A stretch of DNA of 64,000 bases, taken from NCBI GenBank assembly GCA_951406725.2, contig OX597821.1, positions 75,268,001 to 75,332,000 on the forward strand. The letters run 5' to 3'. Position 1 is the stretch's first letter; each line of letters opens with the position of its first letter. Of this stretch, positions 41,715-55,785 are shown piece after piece. This stretch comes from Octopus vulgaris. Taxonomy: Eukaryota. The notes below the pieces were generated by a model. The model saw only the letters and a list, made by a program, of their open reading frames with translations. It was not told where the DNA came from and did not search any database. Made by a program: the position numbers and the translations under genes.

Positions 41715-41733
41715 GTATATATGTATATATATG

Positions 41734-42250
41734 GTGGATTCTCTCTTATATTTGTGTATTAATATACTGAAATCCAGTTTTTATGCGCTAAACCACTTGG
41801 TGTTAAATTGATGTTATTAAATTAATATCCAATTTTTTCACCCTTATTTTTGATTTTAATTATACTGCAGTAAATTATTTATGCAGAATTTGTTTCCGTG
41901 GATTTTGGCGCGCTATAACGAGGACATTTGAATCATAACTGCGAATATAATAGGCTGAACTACTCGTGTATTTGACTTTGTGTTAAAACCTGGCGTGCAG
42001 TTCAGCAAATTATATTCATGACGAATCCTACTGATGAGCTGTGAATTTTTGTGTAAGTAAAATTGCATAATCTATTAACAGTGAAACAATTGTCTAGGGT
42101 TAATCTACATTTTTGTTATTTTTCATTTGTCCTGCTCGCTTATGTTCATAGTTGTGCTAATTTTCCTTGAGAACAATTCTTGGTGGTTGAGACCATTGCG
42201 GATCTATTTTTAGCGCAAGAGCGTCCACATAGTGGATTCTCTCTTATATT

Positions 42251-42257
<7 letters not shown>
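41734..42257 (+). mobile_element. ~498-bp hammerhead-bearing unit with 26-bp terminal direct repeat (retrozyme/Penelope-like)
   Basis: gtggattctctcttatatttgtgtat at 41734-41759 and 42232-42257; lies between (TA)n tracts. Confidence 0.75.
42024..42101 (+). ncRNA. Type I hammerhead ribozyme motif, intact core
   Basis: aatccta-CTGATGA-gctgt..acagt-GAAA-c-aatt-GTC-tagggtt; 7-bp stem I, palindromic stem III acaattgt, GUC site. Confidence 0.85.
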
Positions 42258-42326
<69 letters not shown>

Positions 42327-42727
42327 TACATATATGTATATGTATGTATATATATACATATATACATACCTATATACATAGACACATGCGTATATATATG
42401 CATATATGTATGTATGTGTGTGTTTTTGTGTGTCTTTGTGTTTGTTCCCCACCAGCGCATCGCAACAAATGTATGTTTGTTTATGTGGCCGTAACTTAGA
42501 GATACGTCAATAAGAGAACGACAGAATAAGCATCAGGCTTTAGAAAATTAATTAACTCGGGTCGATTCATTTGTCTAAAACTTTCTTGAGGAAGTGCTCC
42601 AGCATGAACGCCTTTTAATGACTGAAACAAGTAAAAAAAATGATACCATCTTGGCAATTTGTGGTTTTCTTGAGTGAAACGAGTTTCCATTTATTTTATC
42701 AAAGGTGAATAAAAAACAAAATGAAAC

Positions 42728-42889
42728 ACAGGAGTGGCTGTGTGATAAGTAGCTTGCTTCCCAACCACATGATTCCGGGTTCAGTCCCACTGCGTGGCAC
42801 CTTGAGCAAGTGCCTTCTACTATAGCTTTGGGCCGACCAAACCCTTGTGAGTGGATTAGGTAGAGAGAAACTGAAAGAAGCCTGTCGTA

Positions 42890-42946
<57 letters not shown>

Positions 42947-43105
42947 TTGCTCCCCGCCAACATCGCTTGACAACCGATGCTGGTGTGTTTACGTCCCCGT
43001 AACTTAGCAGTTCGTCAAAAGGGGCCGATAGAATAAGTACTGGGCTTACAAGGAATATGTCCTGGAGTCGATTTGCTTGACAAATGACTGAAACAAGAAA
43101 AAGAG
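42728..43105 (+). mobile_element. tRNA-derived SINE family A, near full length, internal microsatellite
   Basis: A-box-like tggctgtgtga, B-box-like gggttcagtccc, gcaccttgagcaagtg, internal (TA)/(TG), 3' tgactgaaacaag. Confidence 0.9.
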
Positions 43106-44642
43106 AGTAAAAGGGAGTATAAAATGAACTTTAGTTTTTTCATCGAATTTAAAGATTATATTTGTTGTTAAGTCGTACTGAAGGTGAAAAAGGATTAAAA
43201 GAGACAGACGAAAACTTTAATGGGAAAGGAATAAATTGTTGTTGTTGTTTGTAGTATAAATCCTACTTAATCCATTATTACGCAGACCTATGTTCAAATG
43301 CATTCCAAGCGTGACAACCCGTTTTCTTTGGTGCAATGTAACTAGGCCTACGTTATACACTCTTCATTTTCTGTGATTTGAAGGAAATTTTGCTGCAGTT
43401 TCTAGCAGGTTTATCTGCAATGTCGAAGATTTCTCATTGAATATTCAATATCAGCGTTTATTGAATTGGTTGTGTATTACTTGAGAGAGATGTGGTTCCC
43501 TGTAGAAGGGGACATGAGAAGCCCTCGCCTCTATAAATATAGATCAATACATTCTATCACCGATATTCGTAGATCTAATACTTCCGAAAGTGTCATAAAT
43601 TCGGGTCGTTTAAATGTCTTGTGGGCTACGTTACTCATTTCATCGAAATAGTAGAACGGCTAAGGTATTTCGGTATTTGGTTATGGCATTGTTTTCTATT
43701 GAGATGGATTCCGTCAGTCAACTTTTTCGTCCTTTGCGTTTCAAACGTATGTAACAGTCATATCCTGGCGTCAGTATAAACAACTGCTTCCTCTTGGTCT
43801 GTGGCTAATCAAAGAAAAAGTTAAAATTCGATTAACAGGACCGTTAGGACATTTGACAAAATATGTTGTGGTATTTAGTTGCAACCTTTTATATTTGCTG
43901 CAAAGGACTGGCGTCCCATCCAGTTGAGATAATTTGATTTCAGTCACTCCTACGCCATGGAAACCGAGTTATTGAGCCGGACGACTCCTGCCAATAATGT
44001 CCTTCACATTTCAATTCAAATCTCACCGAAGTCACTTGGCCGTTCATCTTCGAGGTTCAATAATGTAACTATCGGATACCTACATAAATTTATCGAATCG
44101 TCTATACGCTAGCCATAGAATACGTTGGCTTCTGTTTATGTTGCAAATCAGTTTTGTGGTATTTCACTTGATAGGCCATCAAAACATGTCTCCTTCCATT
44201 TAGTTGCATCGCTCTATTTACTCAGTTTAATCCTACCAAGCTCGACATTGCATTTCATATTGAAGGGGCAGAACAAATATGTGCCAGTTATATTATCTAA
44301 TTGATCGACTCTTCTTTCTAAACTGCAACCCACAATTTTATTTATTTTATTACTTTTAGTTTCGAAGAACGGTAAAAAAAAAAAAAAGCAAAAAAAAGCG
44401 GAGCATCGAAATAATGCTTAGAAATATTTAGTTACGAAGGCCGACATCATAACATTAAATACTTCCAGAGTTATCGTTATACGGCAGGTTTCGGGGTGAT
44501 AAAATATATACCAGTAATTTAATACGGCATGTTTAATCGACCGTATCCAGCCTTCTGCAAATCTTTAAGCCGTGCAACAATGAAAAAGAAGAATATATTT
44601 CCGGCTTGAAACATATATATGTATATATGCCTGTGTACTCGC

Positions 44643-44725
<83 letters not shown>

Positions 44726-45914
44726 CATATATATGCATATATCTATACATACACACACACACATATATAAATATGCGAGTGTATATATATATATGTATAT
44801 ATCGATTATAAAATTGGAAGACAAAAAGTAACATAATTATTAAAATAAAGAATAAGAAAATTCCAATATATCTCTGTAAAAGAAATTGAGATTTCTTTAT
44901 AATTTTATTTGATGTTTTTTTTTGTTTTTGTTTTTACGAATAGTAAAATAAAGAAGAAAAAAACAACCGAAAAAAAAAAGATTATGATTGATCTATCACT
45001 GAATGTATTTTCGCTTTAAATATCAGAGCTTCTTTTAAAAAATAAAATGTTACACGTCTATGAAGAGAAAGAAAGAAAAAGAAATGAGATCTAAACAAGT
45101 CCGTCATCTGTAATGAAACAAGGAGCTGCGACTGATAAGCGGAGTTGAAGTATATATCAAAGTTATCGTTTAAAGTGGGTTTTTTTTTTTTATATGCCAA
45201 GTTAAGCTGATGGTGGGTCGATATGTTCAGAAGCAGAGGGTCTTTAGTTTTTAACACTTTTAACAAATCAAATGATAAACAGTCGAGGCCAGAAAATGAA
45301 TATAAATGTTGAAGAAAATCTAATACTTTTCCACCATCTTATCGTTTAGCGGGAACGGTGGAAGAGTTTGATTGATGTGTTTAGCACGAACAACTATAAA
45401 CACGTATGTGTGTGATTCTGTATATGTGTGTGTGTGTACATATATATATAGAGATAAAGATACACACATACGTATATATATATATATATATATATTTAAG
45501 CATACATGCATTTATATATACCTACATAGATAGGTGTCTATGTGCATGCATATACACACAATACCAAATATATACTTATATGTATGCATGTATGTATATA
45601 TAAACATTAATATATAAAAACGCAGATTTCTTTTCTTTTTAATATAACAAAGGTGACTATTTTATTGTTGGTCGCCAAGGTTCATTTCAGAATTATAGTG
45701 AGGTTAAACGCAATTTAATGGAAGCGGAATATAACCAAACCGATAGCTGTATTTTATAAGATATTAGAATAATTGAAAAAATGTATATATTTCTTAGTGA
45801 CGGTGAATGCTAATTTCTGAATGTATGGTTGATTGTATTTTAACAAGTATATTACAGTTCTCTCTCTCTCTTCATCCTCTCTCTGTATATGTATATACAT
45901 ATATACATACATAT

Positions 45915-47167
45915 GTATATAATCTCCAACATATGTGGGAAATTCTGTCTGTTCGTGTGTTTGCGGAGTTGATAGCTAACTCCTCCTACATCGTTTAATC
46001 GATTTTGATGAAACTTGACACGTTAGTAGAACTCATGTCTGGAAACTTAGATTGTTAAAAAAATTGATCATAGGGTACCTGGAAGGGATCCTTATATCCA
46101 CTACATATAACTAATATATTTTATTTAAACACCCAAGGGAAATAACCCATAGCACCTGCATTTACAATTGTCAGTTTTTAGCCAAGTGATCAATATTTGA
46201 TTCTCACGATCAGCGGACCTAATTCTGCATTTCTCTACTCATAGTTTTCAACTGCTAAACCTTATTATTGCACATTTTCGATTTGAATATTAAACCTTCA
46301 AGACTTCATTCATACATTTATATACATACATACTTTTTTGCGCTTATATATACTACATTTATATATTAGCTTTAATAAATTGGCCTTGATAGAGTTCACC
46401 TTTAAAATGCCTCAACGAGTAAGCGTATAAGTGTGTACCTCTTCACAAGCTACTCTAATGCAACAACAGAGATCTCCGATTCGTTATAAACCAAACAATT
46501 ATTCTTCGTCTATTCTACTTCAATATCGAAACAGTTATATACATATTGCTGTCATTAATTTAGACATTGCATTATTAGACATTTTTTCAACATCTCCAAA
46601 TAACTAAATGCTGGCAATACATGCAGGGTTTCCAATTAAATTTGACTACACTTTGAATGCCCGTAACTCGATAATTCTGCATTTTACCAGTTAAACATTT
46701 TCGATAACAGTAGATAACGTTTTGGTTCCAGAACGTATTTAATAAGTGTGTTCAAATCCTGCTTTTTCTCACAGACAGCTCTATGTCGGATGCTCTACAG
46801 TTGGAAATCCGGAAATTTATTCATCTATGCACCCAACGGCAAAACCGAAAACATTGTGTATCACGAAGCTCTGCAAGACTGAAATTTTGGAACAAAATGC
46901 TTCTCCCTCCGACAACCCCTCTCACCAACCTCTCTCGCCAACCTCCGACAACCTCTTTCGCCAACCTCCAACAACCTCTCTCGGCAACCTCCGGCAATCT
47001 CTCCCTCCTCCAGCTGAGAGTCTTTTGTACTTTTTCGTGACAGAAAATACTAATTTTGTGGCAGTTATACCGAAATTACTTTTTTAGATCAGAGTAATAG
47101 GGCGTTTAAATAAATCGTTTTAATAGAACATATTTAACTCCCTGGAATTACCTTGCACACCAGCTAG
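45915..47167 (+). mobile_element. Old Helitron-like element
   Basis: 5' ctgtctgttcgtgtg..ctaactcctcctacatcgtttaatcgattttgatgaaacttg and 3' cagCTAG|T; internal ~22-bp minisatellite at 46905-47000; boundaries uncertain. Confidence 0.4.
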
Positions 47168-47242
47168 TATATATAAATATATACATATTAGATAATAAAT
47201 CGTATGGCTTATACTTGGTAGCATATTAAACTATATATACAT

Positions 47243-47305
<63 letters not shown>

Positions 47306-47384
47306 ATATAATTATATATGTATGCATATATATATATATTTATATGTGTATGTATAAATATATATTTTTATATACTTATTTAGT

Positions 47385-47418
<34 letters not shown>

Positions 47419-48384
47419 CATGTGTGTGTGTATGCATGCGTATGTGTATGTATATGTTTGATTTCCACCAGAAATACAATCCATCGTTTTTTCCGGTGTA
47501 TAATTCATTGAAATACCAGGATTACTGAATTAGCATGAATGTGATTGTGACATTGGATATTATTGACGGCTTTGCATTGTGAAGATGCTGGGGTTTTGAA
47601 CTTCGTGTAAATCCGTCTGACGGGATTGTGACAGAGCTTGCATCTTTTCAACTGCACTGCCACGACATGGTATATCGCTAAGTCATAGAAAATAACAAAC
47701 ACTATAGATGTCCCACACTTATATCATGGACACGTGTAATCATTAACACTGAACTAATGATACCATATGCAAATATATGTACATAAACAGACGTACATAT
47801 ACGCTTTTAATTATCTGAAACCGCTTCAAGCTTCAAATATCAAAAAAAATATTTTAACTATTCTCAATGCATTTTCAACTTTTATTTTTCCTATATTTCT
47901 GTCCGGAGAAGACCATCATGTGAATGTATTACAAGCTAAAACGGGCAATCAAATTCCAAACCACGGAAAAAATCATCCTTATTTATGGCACATTGCTTGT
48001 AAGCAAGCTGGACACTTGAATAAATAAAAATCAGTTAACTCTATACTCTTGAATTTCACCATTATTGATCAAAGAAATTAATTAATATAGTCAAGTAATT
48101 GATTAATTAACCATTTATAGCTCGTCAGTAGAGTCGCTGGAAAATGTATAACTATGAAGCACAAAGTAAAGACATGTGCCTTTAGCTCCATCTTTATACA
48201 TCAAGAATTCAAATCGAATGTCCTCAACCAACGTGCCGTGTCAGAAGAGTACAGCAGTGAATAAAATTAACCATGTATTATCTGACCGAAGAATTGAAAT
48301 ATTTCAATAGAAGAGTAAAAATTATTACCATAATAATTCATACTAGTGGTTAGCATGCGCAATTAAAGTCAGAAGACGTTCTTT

Positions 48385-48567
48385 TACCTGTTTCAGTCAT
48401 TTGGCTGAGGCCATACTGGAGCACCTTTTTAGTCGAAGAAATTTGCCCCGGATTCATTCTATTGGTCTCTTTTGCCGAGCCGCTAAGTTACCGGGATGTA
48501 AACACTCCAATATCGATTGTCAAGGGATGGTGGGGGAGGGAGAAAACTCAGATACACAAACATATCA

Positions 48568-48645
<78 letters not shown>

Positions 48646-48773
48646 GACGTGCTTTTTCAGTTTCCACTCCCAAAGCTTTGCTCGTCCTGAGATAATAGTA
48701 AAACACTCGCCCAAGGGGGACCATGTGATTACTAAGCAAGCTTCTTACCACACAGCCATGCCTACGCTTCCAT

Positions 48774-48817
<44 letters not shown>

Positions 48818-48866
48818 GACGTGCTTTTTCAGTTTCCACTCCCAAAGCTTTGCTCGTCCTGAGATA
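48385..48866 (-). mobile_element. SINE family A, degenerate, with ~50-bp local duplication
   Basis: Family A motifs; cacgacgtgctttttcag..cctgagata occurs at about 48643 and 48815. Confidence 0.75.
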
Positions 48867-48974
48867 GACTTTGTACATGCTAAGGAGGGCAGTCAAATCC
48901 CAAAGCACGAAAAATCTACGCAAAAGAGACCAATTAAGCGATGGCATTGCTCGGAACTGAGCTGCATCTATCAT

Positions 48975-49440
48975 GTATGTATGTCTTTATTCAATATATA
49001 TCAAGATTTCTGGCCAATAGAGAAAGAACCAGTTTCTAAGATCCAAGGTTCCTTCATTGGAATTTCAACATCAACAACAAGGTTTGTATGTATGTATGTA
49101 TGTATGTATGTATGTATGTATGTATGTATGTATGTATGTATGTATGTATGTATGTATGTATGTATGTATGTATGTATGTATGTATGTATGCATGTATGTA
49201 TGTATATATGTAGGTATTCTCTTTTTCACTGATCACCAGCTTTATGTTAACATCTGCTGGGCAGCTAATTTCCATAAATGTATACAGTTTCTCTTCTCTA
49301 TCCCAAATCATTATATCAGGTCTGTTGCACTTACATTTTATTGATGTCTTCATTGGTACATTCCACTAGTATTCCTTTTTATTATGAGTGGCTATGGCTT
49401 CTACCATATTGTGGGTTCTTATTTTTTTTGTCATTGGCGT
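48975..49440 (-). mobile_element. R4/Dong-type non-LTR fragment (restriction-like endonuclease) split by (TATG)n
   Basis: KTSIKCKCNRPDIMIWDREEKLYTFMEISCPADVNIKLVISEKENTY fits the RLE motif RPD..(D/E)..P..K..Y. Confidence 0.75.
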
Positions 49441-49475
49441 TATCCTTCCGACGGATTTCATTATAGAGTGTCCTA

Positions 49476-49800
49476 GCTGTTGTTGTTGGCAACCTTTTTG
49501 TCTCGGGAGACAATCGAGTTGCGCATAAAATAATCTAGTCCGGCTTTTACATTTCATGTCCTAATACATCATCTCCTGCTCTGGCTGTGTAGTCCTATCC
49601 TGGACAAACACTCCCTCTGGCAGGTGCCGCAAATGTAGCGAAGACTTTGCCTGGCTGGTTGTAATGTCATACTTTCTTGTTGACCTCTTTTCTTGTCTTT
49701 CCATTTCTCCTCTCTCTCTATGTCACTCCTTTGTGTTCCTTCTTTTACGGTACGTCGCCAATCTCCACGGTTACTGGTAACTGCTTCCCAGTTGCTAATA
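49476..49800 (-). mobile_element. RTE-clade LINE 3' end
   Basis: Minus strand NWEAVTSNRGDWRRTVKEG..YICGTCQRECLSRIGLHSQSRR* followed by short UTR and (CAA)n tail. Confidence 0.85.
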
Positions 49801-51300
49801 TTGATGTATGTATATATGTATATATATATATATATATATGCATGTATGTGTGTGTATGTATATATGCATGTTTATATGTTTGTATGCATGTATAAATGTA
49901 TGTAGCTGTGTGTATATTTATGTGTATATACGAACGTACGTACAACGTACGTGCGTTTGTATACTCCTATATGTTTAAATGTGCGTGCAAGTTCAAAAGA
50001 AATAGGGAATGAAGAGTGAGATAGACAGATGAATAGATAGATAGATAGATGGGGGAGATTGAGTGGAAAGGAGAGAGAGAGAGAAAGAGAGAGAGTGAGT
50101 AGGGGGGGTGTATCTTTACAGTAAAATTTGTGAGAATGTGTTGTTTGTGGAAGGAATAGCTGACTTTTGGAGAGATGGGACAGTTTTTATTGTAAAAGAA
50201 AGGAAGAAAAGAATGAGAGAGAATGTAATGAGATAATTTAAGAGACAAAGATTAGAAAAGAAAAGACCGTCTGCACTTATTGACAAGCAAGTGTGTGGAG
50301 AAAAATGAGAGATGGTCCGAAATGAAAGCTATGGATATTCAAGGATATTTAAAAAGCAAAAAAGAAAAAGCCCGCTCCAAGAATCGTCGAACAATGGAGA
50401 GAAGAAAAAAGAAATTAAAAGATGTGTGGGTGTAATTAGGGAATCATTTAGATCGAGATTACGGAAAAAAATAATACCTAAGTAACACTTGATTGTTGTC
50501 TTCTTTCTCAAATTTCAAAGATTGGCTAAATTTTCGAGTAGGTGTGGTGTGTTGTGACTTATCCGATAAATCTCTTCCACGATTTAGCTTTGCTTTGACA
50601 TAGTATTTATTGTGTATTAATCTGTTGAATCAATCGATCAGAAAACTTGTCTACAGATTTCCTAGAAACCCCCAGCAGATGCATAACTAATCAACTCACC
50701 GATGCATGGCGCCGATTGTCTGTGAAATATGGTTTAGGGAGTTATCAGCCAACTACAGATTTCGACGCTGTTACTTTCTCCTGCTCTTCACGTCGTTTCC
50801 CATTCTTACTCATAATTTCAACAATAATCTCTTCTAATTATGGATGAAATTTATCTTTTCGTCTTTTCCACTGATTATATATTTTTATTTTGTTGCTGTT
50901 GTATGTCTTCTCTAACTCATTCACTGTCCTGTAAATTCCTCCATCTCTTTCTTTCTCAAATATATACGCACATATATACACAAATATACACGCACACAAA
51001 CAAACATACACAAACGCACACATTCAAACACACAGACACAAACACACAAACACACTTTCTCTCACTCGCTATCTTCCTTTCGTTTCGATTTGCAATCTAA
51101 CATATGGTCTTATAATCCATCCCAGTTGGAAGATGCTGAAAAAAATAGAACAAGTCTCTCAATCATAATCCTAGATTCGAGCTGGGCAAAGTTCAGTAAT
51201 TGCTTTCGTTTATAATCGGAGAAGAGAGAGATTTCTTCCAGCGATCAACGGCGGATAGTTTATTTTATTCTATATTTTTTCTTCTACTTAGTTTAAAGCC

Positions 51301-51372
<72 letters not shown>

Positions 51373-51386
51373 ATATACATAATGTA

Positions 51387-51510
<124 letters not shown>

Positions 51511-51639
51511 CATATACACACATTTATATATACATACACATATATATGCGTGTAAATAAAGATATATGTGTATGTGTAAATATATATATATATATATATA
51601 TATATAAGTATGTATGTATGTATGTGTGTGTATGTATTG

Positions 51640-52110
51640 AGATCTGACGATGTGGCGGTTGATACGGCCTTCTGTCCATAGAAACAGCTTCCTCTCATAT
51701 AGCTATTGGAGCTTCTATCAATGTGTGGCATCAAACAGCATCCCTTAATATGCTTCAGAATTGGATGTTGTTTTACTAATTGTGGTCTTATCTAATTACT
51801 TCTCATATAGTCACAACATCGATAATTCATTGATACCAATTCGGCGTGGTTTGCGATAGACTTGATTAAAACCAGTGTGAACGATTATTTCACACCGATG
51901 TCTTCTTGCACAGAATTAAAGCGGGCACATTATGAAAGTTTCTTCTTAATGTTGTTTACACGTTTTGAGCTTCTGTGGGCCAACTGATAAATTCTTTACA
52001 AATAGAGTGCCAGGAACCATTTAGTCATGTTTGTCCCAGCTAGTCACACAAGGAATAAATTTATGGTGTTTTTTACGAGTTGTCTTGAAGTTCTTCCTAC
52101 TGTCTTTAAA
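51640..52110 (-). mobile_element. Possible highly decayed RTE-like LINE remnant
   Basis: Only frameshifted echoes of RTE C-terminal motifs (MP..R..LY..L..RR..P). Confidence 0.3.
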
Positions 52111-52850
52111 TTGGTATACAGTATAGATGCAGGGTAACGATTCGTAAAAATTCGACGGGATTGTCATGGCTAGAATGAGTTCGATCATAGATTTATTTAA
52201 TCAGATTTGACCTGGAGCTAAGCAACAAATATAACTATTATTTATATTCGATGAGAAATGAAATTGCATAGGAAACCATGTTGTTCGTGACACCCAAAAC
52301 AAGAGATCGAAACTGGACCGTGTATTTGTTTCAAAGAGTGTACCCCAAGTTTAAGTTTTTTTTTTTGTTTTTGCAGAAATACATTCTTCTAGTTGTTGAA
52401 TTTTGTTATCGATGGAGAGAGGAAGTCTCAATACAAGAACTATCCACCATTACTAGCATCGTTATTGAGCAGATTTCGAGCAGAACTAAGAAGTGTGTAT
52501 AAATAAATAGCATATGTAATCTACTCCCCAGAGACACCTAACAAGCGTCATTCCATTTTTGTTTTTCTTTGTTTTACCATTCTTCAACAATATTTCTTCT
52601 ATTACATTTAACTGTATATGTCTGCTTCAAAACAAAGCATCACAATGTACATGAGCCTTTTATTATTTCTTTGAAGGTTTTCTAAAGTTTCTCTCTCATC
52701 CAAATTCTATGATATCATTATTTTATTCGTGCTGCCATTGTTTCGTTCGTTATGTTACTTCACGTCTTTGTTTCATTCTCTTTTCATCTAGCTTTCTCAC
52801 AGCATTATTTATTTCTATTTCCGCCTATTATTGAATCGCTCCTTTATTTG

Positions 52851-53015
<165 letters not shown>

Positions 53016-54347
53016 GCGTTGTTGCAGTTGTTGTTGGTGATAATTGTTTGTTTGTTTTTTTCGTTGTCATTGCAGCGTTTTCTCAGCTTTCCCTTGTTTG
53101 TAAGTCTCTACAATTATTACTACAGCCAATCGTTATCATTCCTGGAGGATTTAGTAAGTGAATAAGTCATGCACTTGTCAGTTGTCCTGTATTTATCGTT
53201 CAATTGTCCAGTTAACGCCGAACGCCTACCCGCACCATTACACTGTGTGTTGCATCTCGAGAGATTTGCCAAATGTTGTAGACTTAGGATAAAAGCTGCA
53301 TGACTCGACGCTAGAAGGCGCGGTTTAAGACCTTTCTCATTCCATGGCTCCGTGTCGAAGCTCCGTTCCTAAGGGAAAATTATCATATGTCTCACCCCAA
53401 GAAAATGACGTTATTCTTTAATTATTTGAGTTAGGGTTTTCTTCCTTCAACATAATATTCTTTGATTTTTCATTTCGCAGTAGCTCCTACGTACATGTGT
53501 TTTAACATCAAAACGTTGTGAAAGTGATTTTAAAAAGACAACTATTTCCCCATTCTTTATCACTTAGAACAGTAAATTGAACAAAACGCAGATCGTATCT
53601 TTCATCAGAAGGAGATATTCATTAAAATTCAATTTAAAAAAATAAATGAGCTGTCTTTACTGATTATGAAAACGATTTTTCTCATCTCACTGATATACGG
53701 AATTATATTCCTTGCAAAATAATTTTCACAGATTTTCTTCCTGTCTTTTTCGTTGGCTGATGAGAAATGGGATTCAAAGAGTGAAATATTAGAATAGCCG
53801 AAACAGTAAAATAATTGGAGGGAAAACAAGAAAACAAGGAGTAGAATTTCAATGTGATTTTTATTAATATGTTTAAGAAATTTAATACTGAAAAGAATGG
53901 CAGTTATTAAAAGTTACAACGTTTGGAATGTTTGAATAACAAACAAGAACATGAAGAAATGCATAGAAAACAAAAGCGAGTCACTCTTAAGTTCGCGTAC
54001 ATCAAAAACATTAGGAAGCTGTTTGACGAATATTTTACATTTAGCCAAATAAATAAAGTCATGTAACATTTAGATTTCATCTGTTATAGGATTGTTGTGT
54101 TTCATTCTTCCTGTAACTAAAGGATTCTTCTTACTACGCAAAAATTTCTCTCCTTCGTTTAATTCTAAATGATCTCCATAACCTGCGATAATTCTTATTA
54201 AGGAAATAGGAATAAATTCACATATACATATCTAATAAAAATGTATATTTTTTGATTCATTGTGTGAATAGTCCTTGTTAAAAAATATTGCCTCTGCCTT
54301 CTCTGCTGGAGAAACCTGAGAACAACTCGACTGGTTCCGACTGACTA

Positions 54348-54376
54348 CAACAAAAACAACAATAACAACAACAACA

Positions 54377-54439
<63 letters not shown>

Positions 54440-54452
54440 GCTACTACTACTA
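54348..54452. repeat. (CAA)n-(CTA)n microsatellite
   Basis: Direct reading. Confidence 0.95.
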
Positions 54453-55006
54453 CAGCGAGAGTGTCAACCACGTGTTCGTCATATAGAGCGAGTCAGTAGT
54501 TCACAGCTTCACGAAGAACCGAACTAGCAATAGGCCTTATTTTTACTTTCTACATTTCAATACATTTGGGTTTGTCTTGCAGAGCAAGTCTTGTGGTTAC
54601 CCGCTGATGATTTACTTAGACGGAGCGGTAGAATATATGTTTACTAGATACATATACATGAACTTATTTTATTCAACTTAGTAACACAAATAATGTCGCG
54701 GTCCTTTAATTTTTATCATTCTCTAAACTAATTGCGGTAAATAATTTTTGTACAAATCGCCTGGAGAACATATCAGAGCTTTAATACAGTTGTGAAACTA
54801 TGTGGATTGATTTCTATAAAGAGGTTAACTGAACCTCACTCTGATGAGCGAAGGGTTACATAGCAAGGCCGTTATCTAACATACGTTTGAAACCTCAGGG
54901 CCAAATTGATTGGTAAGATTGTGCGTAATGTATATATAATACATTATATATAATATGTATTTCGTATGTATATATGTATATGTGTATGTATATATGTATG
55001 TATGCA

Positions 55007-55038
<32 letters not shown>

Positions 55039-55147
55039 CATACATATATATATATATACATACATATATGTATATATATATATACATACATACACATGTA
55101 TATATATATATGTATGTATGTACATATGTATGTATATATATATATAT

Positions 55148-55186
<39 letters not shown>

Positions 55187-55187
<1 letters not shown>

Positions 55188-55375
55188 GGGGAGAGTTTAC
55201 GAAAAAAACAAAAGACGAAGACAGGTGGTGTGCAAAACAAACAGATGTATTAGTATAACGCTCAGGAATAGAAAAAGTCTTTTACGTTTCGAGCCTACGC
55301 TCTTCTACAGAAAGGGACACAGAAAGAAACAAAGACAGAAAAAAATGTGTGTAGTGGCTAACGGTCTATCATGGC
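55187..55375 (-). mobile_element. Short Penelope-type repeat with variant hammerhead-like motif
   Basis: Minus strand cttt-CTGTAGA-a-gagc-gtag-gctc-GAAA-c-GTA-aaag at 55279-55314; second copy at 11222-11400. Confidence 0.6.
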
Positions 55376-55489
55376 GAGACTTAGATAAACTTAGATGTGT
55401 TTCGACCAACGGTTGGTCCAGGCCATGTCTAACTTAATAACACCATCTGATAGGTTTATCTAAATTCTGTTTAAGTCATGTTTTGTTTA

Positions 55490-55785
55490 TGATCCATTCA
55501 AGTAGTGAGTTTTGTTGAGTGAGTTGTATCCAGGTATGAGTTGCTTATCCGGCATTCCTTGAAGAAATCAGTCCAGACCCCGTTTAAAGCTGATTGGTTC
55601 CTTTTCCTCTTTGATCTCTTTCGGGACAATGTTAAATAGAACAGGGCCTGTTGAGGAAAAGAAATTATGTCGCAGTGTACCTATATGGTGTGATCCTGAA
55701 TTGAGCAGGGGACATATGTCCCGTGGTACTAGCCTTGGATGAACCTTGAAACTAGTGCTCAGGTTGTTTGAGCAATGCTGGCCCT
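55490..55785 (-). mobile_element. CR1/L2-type LINE ORF2 C-terminus
   Basis: Minus strand HPRL..TLRHNFFSSTGPVLFNIVPKEIK..FKRGLD*FLQGMPD. Confidence 0.8.

Noticed and set aside
54835-54920. Hammerhead candidate CTGATGA..GAAAC..GTA
   Set aside because: Stem I has only about 2 bp and stem II is poor
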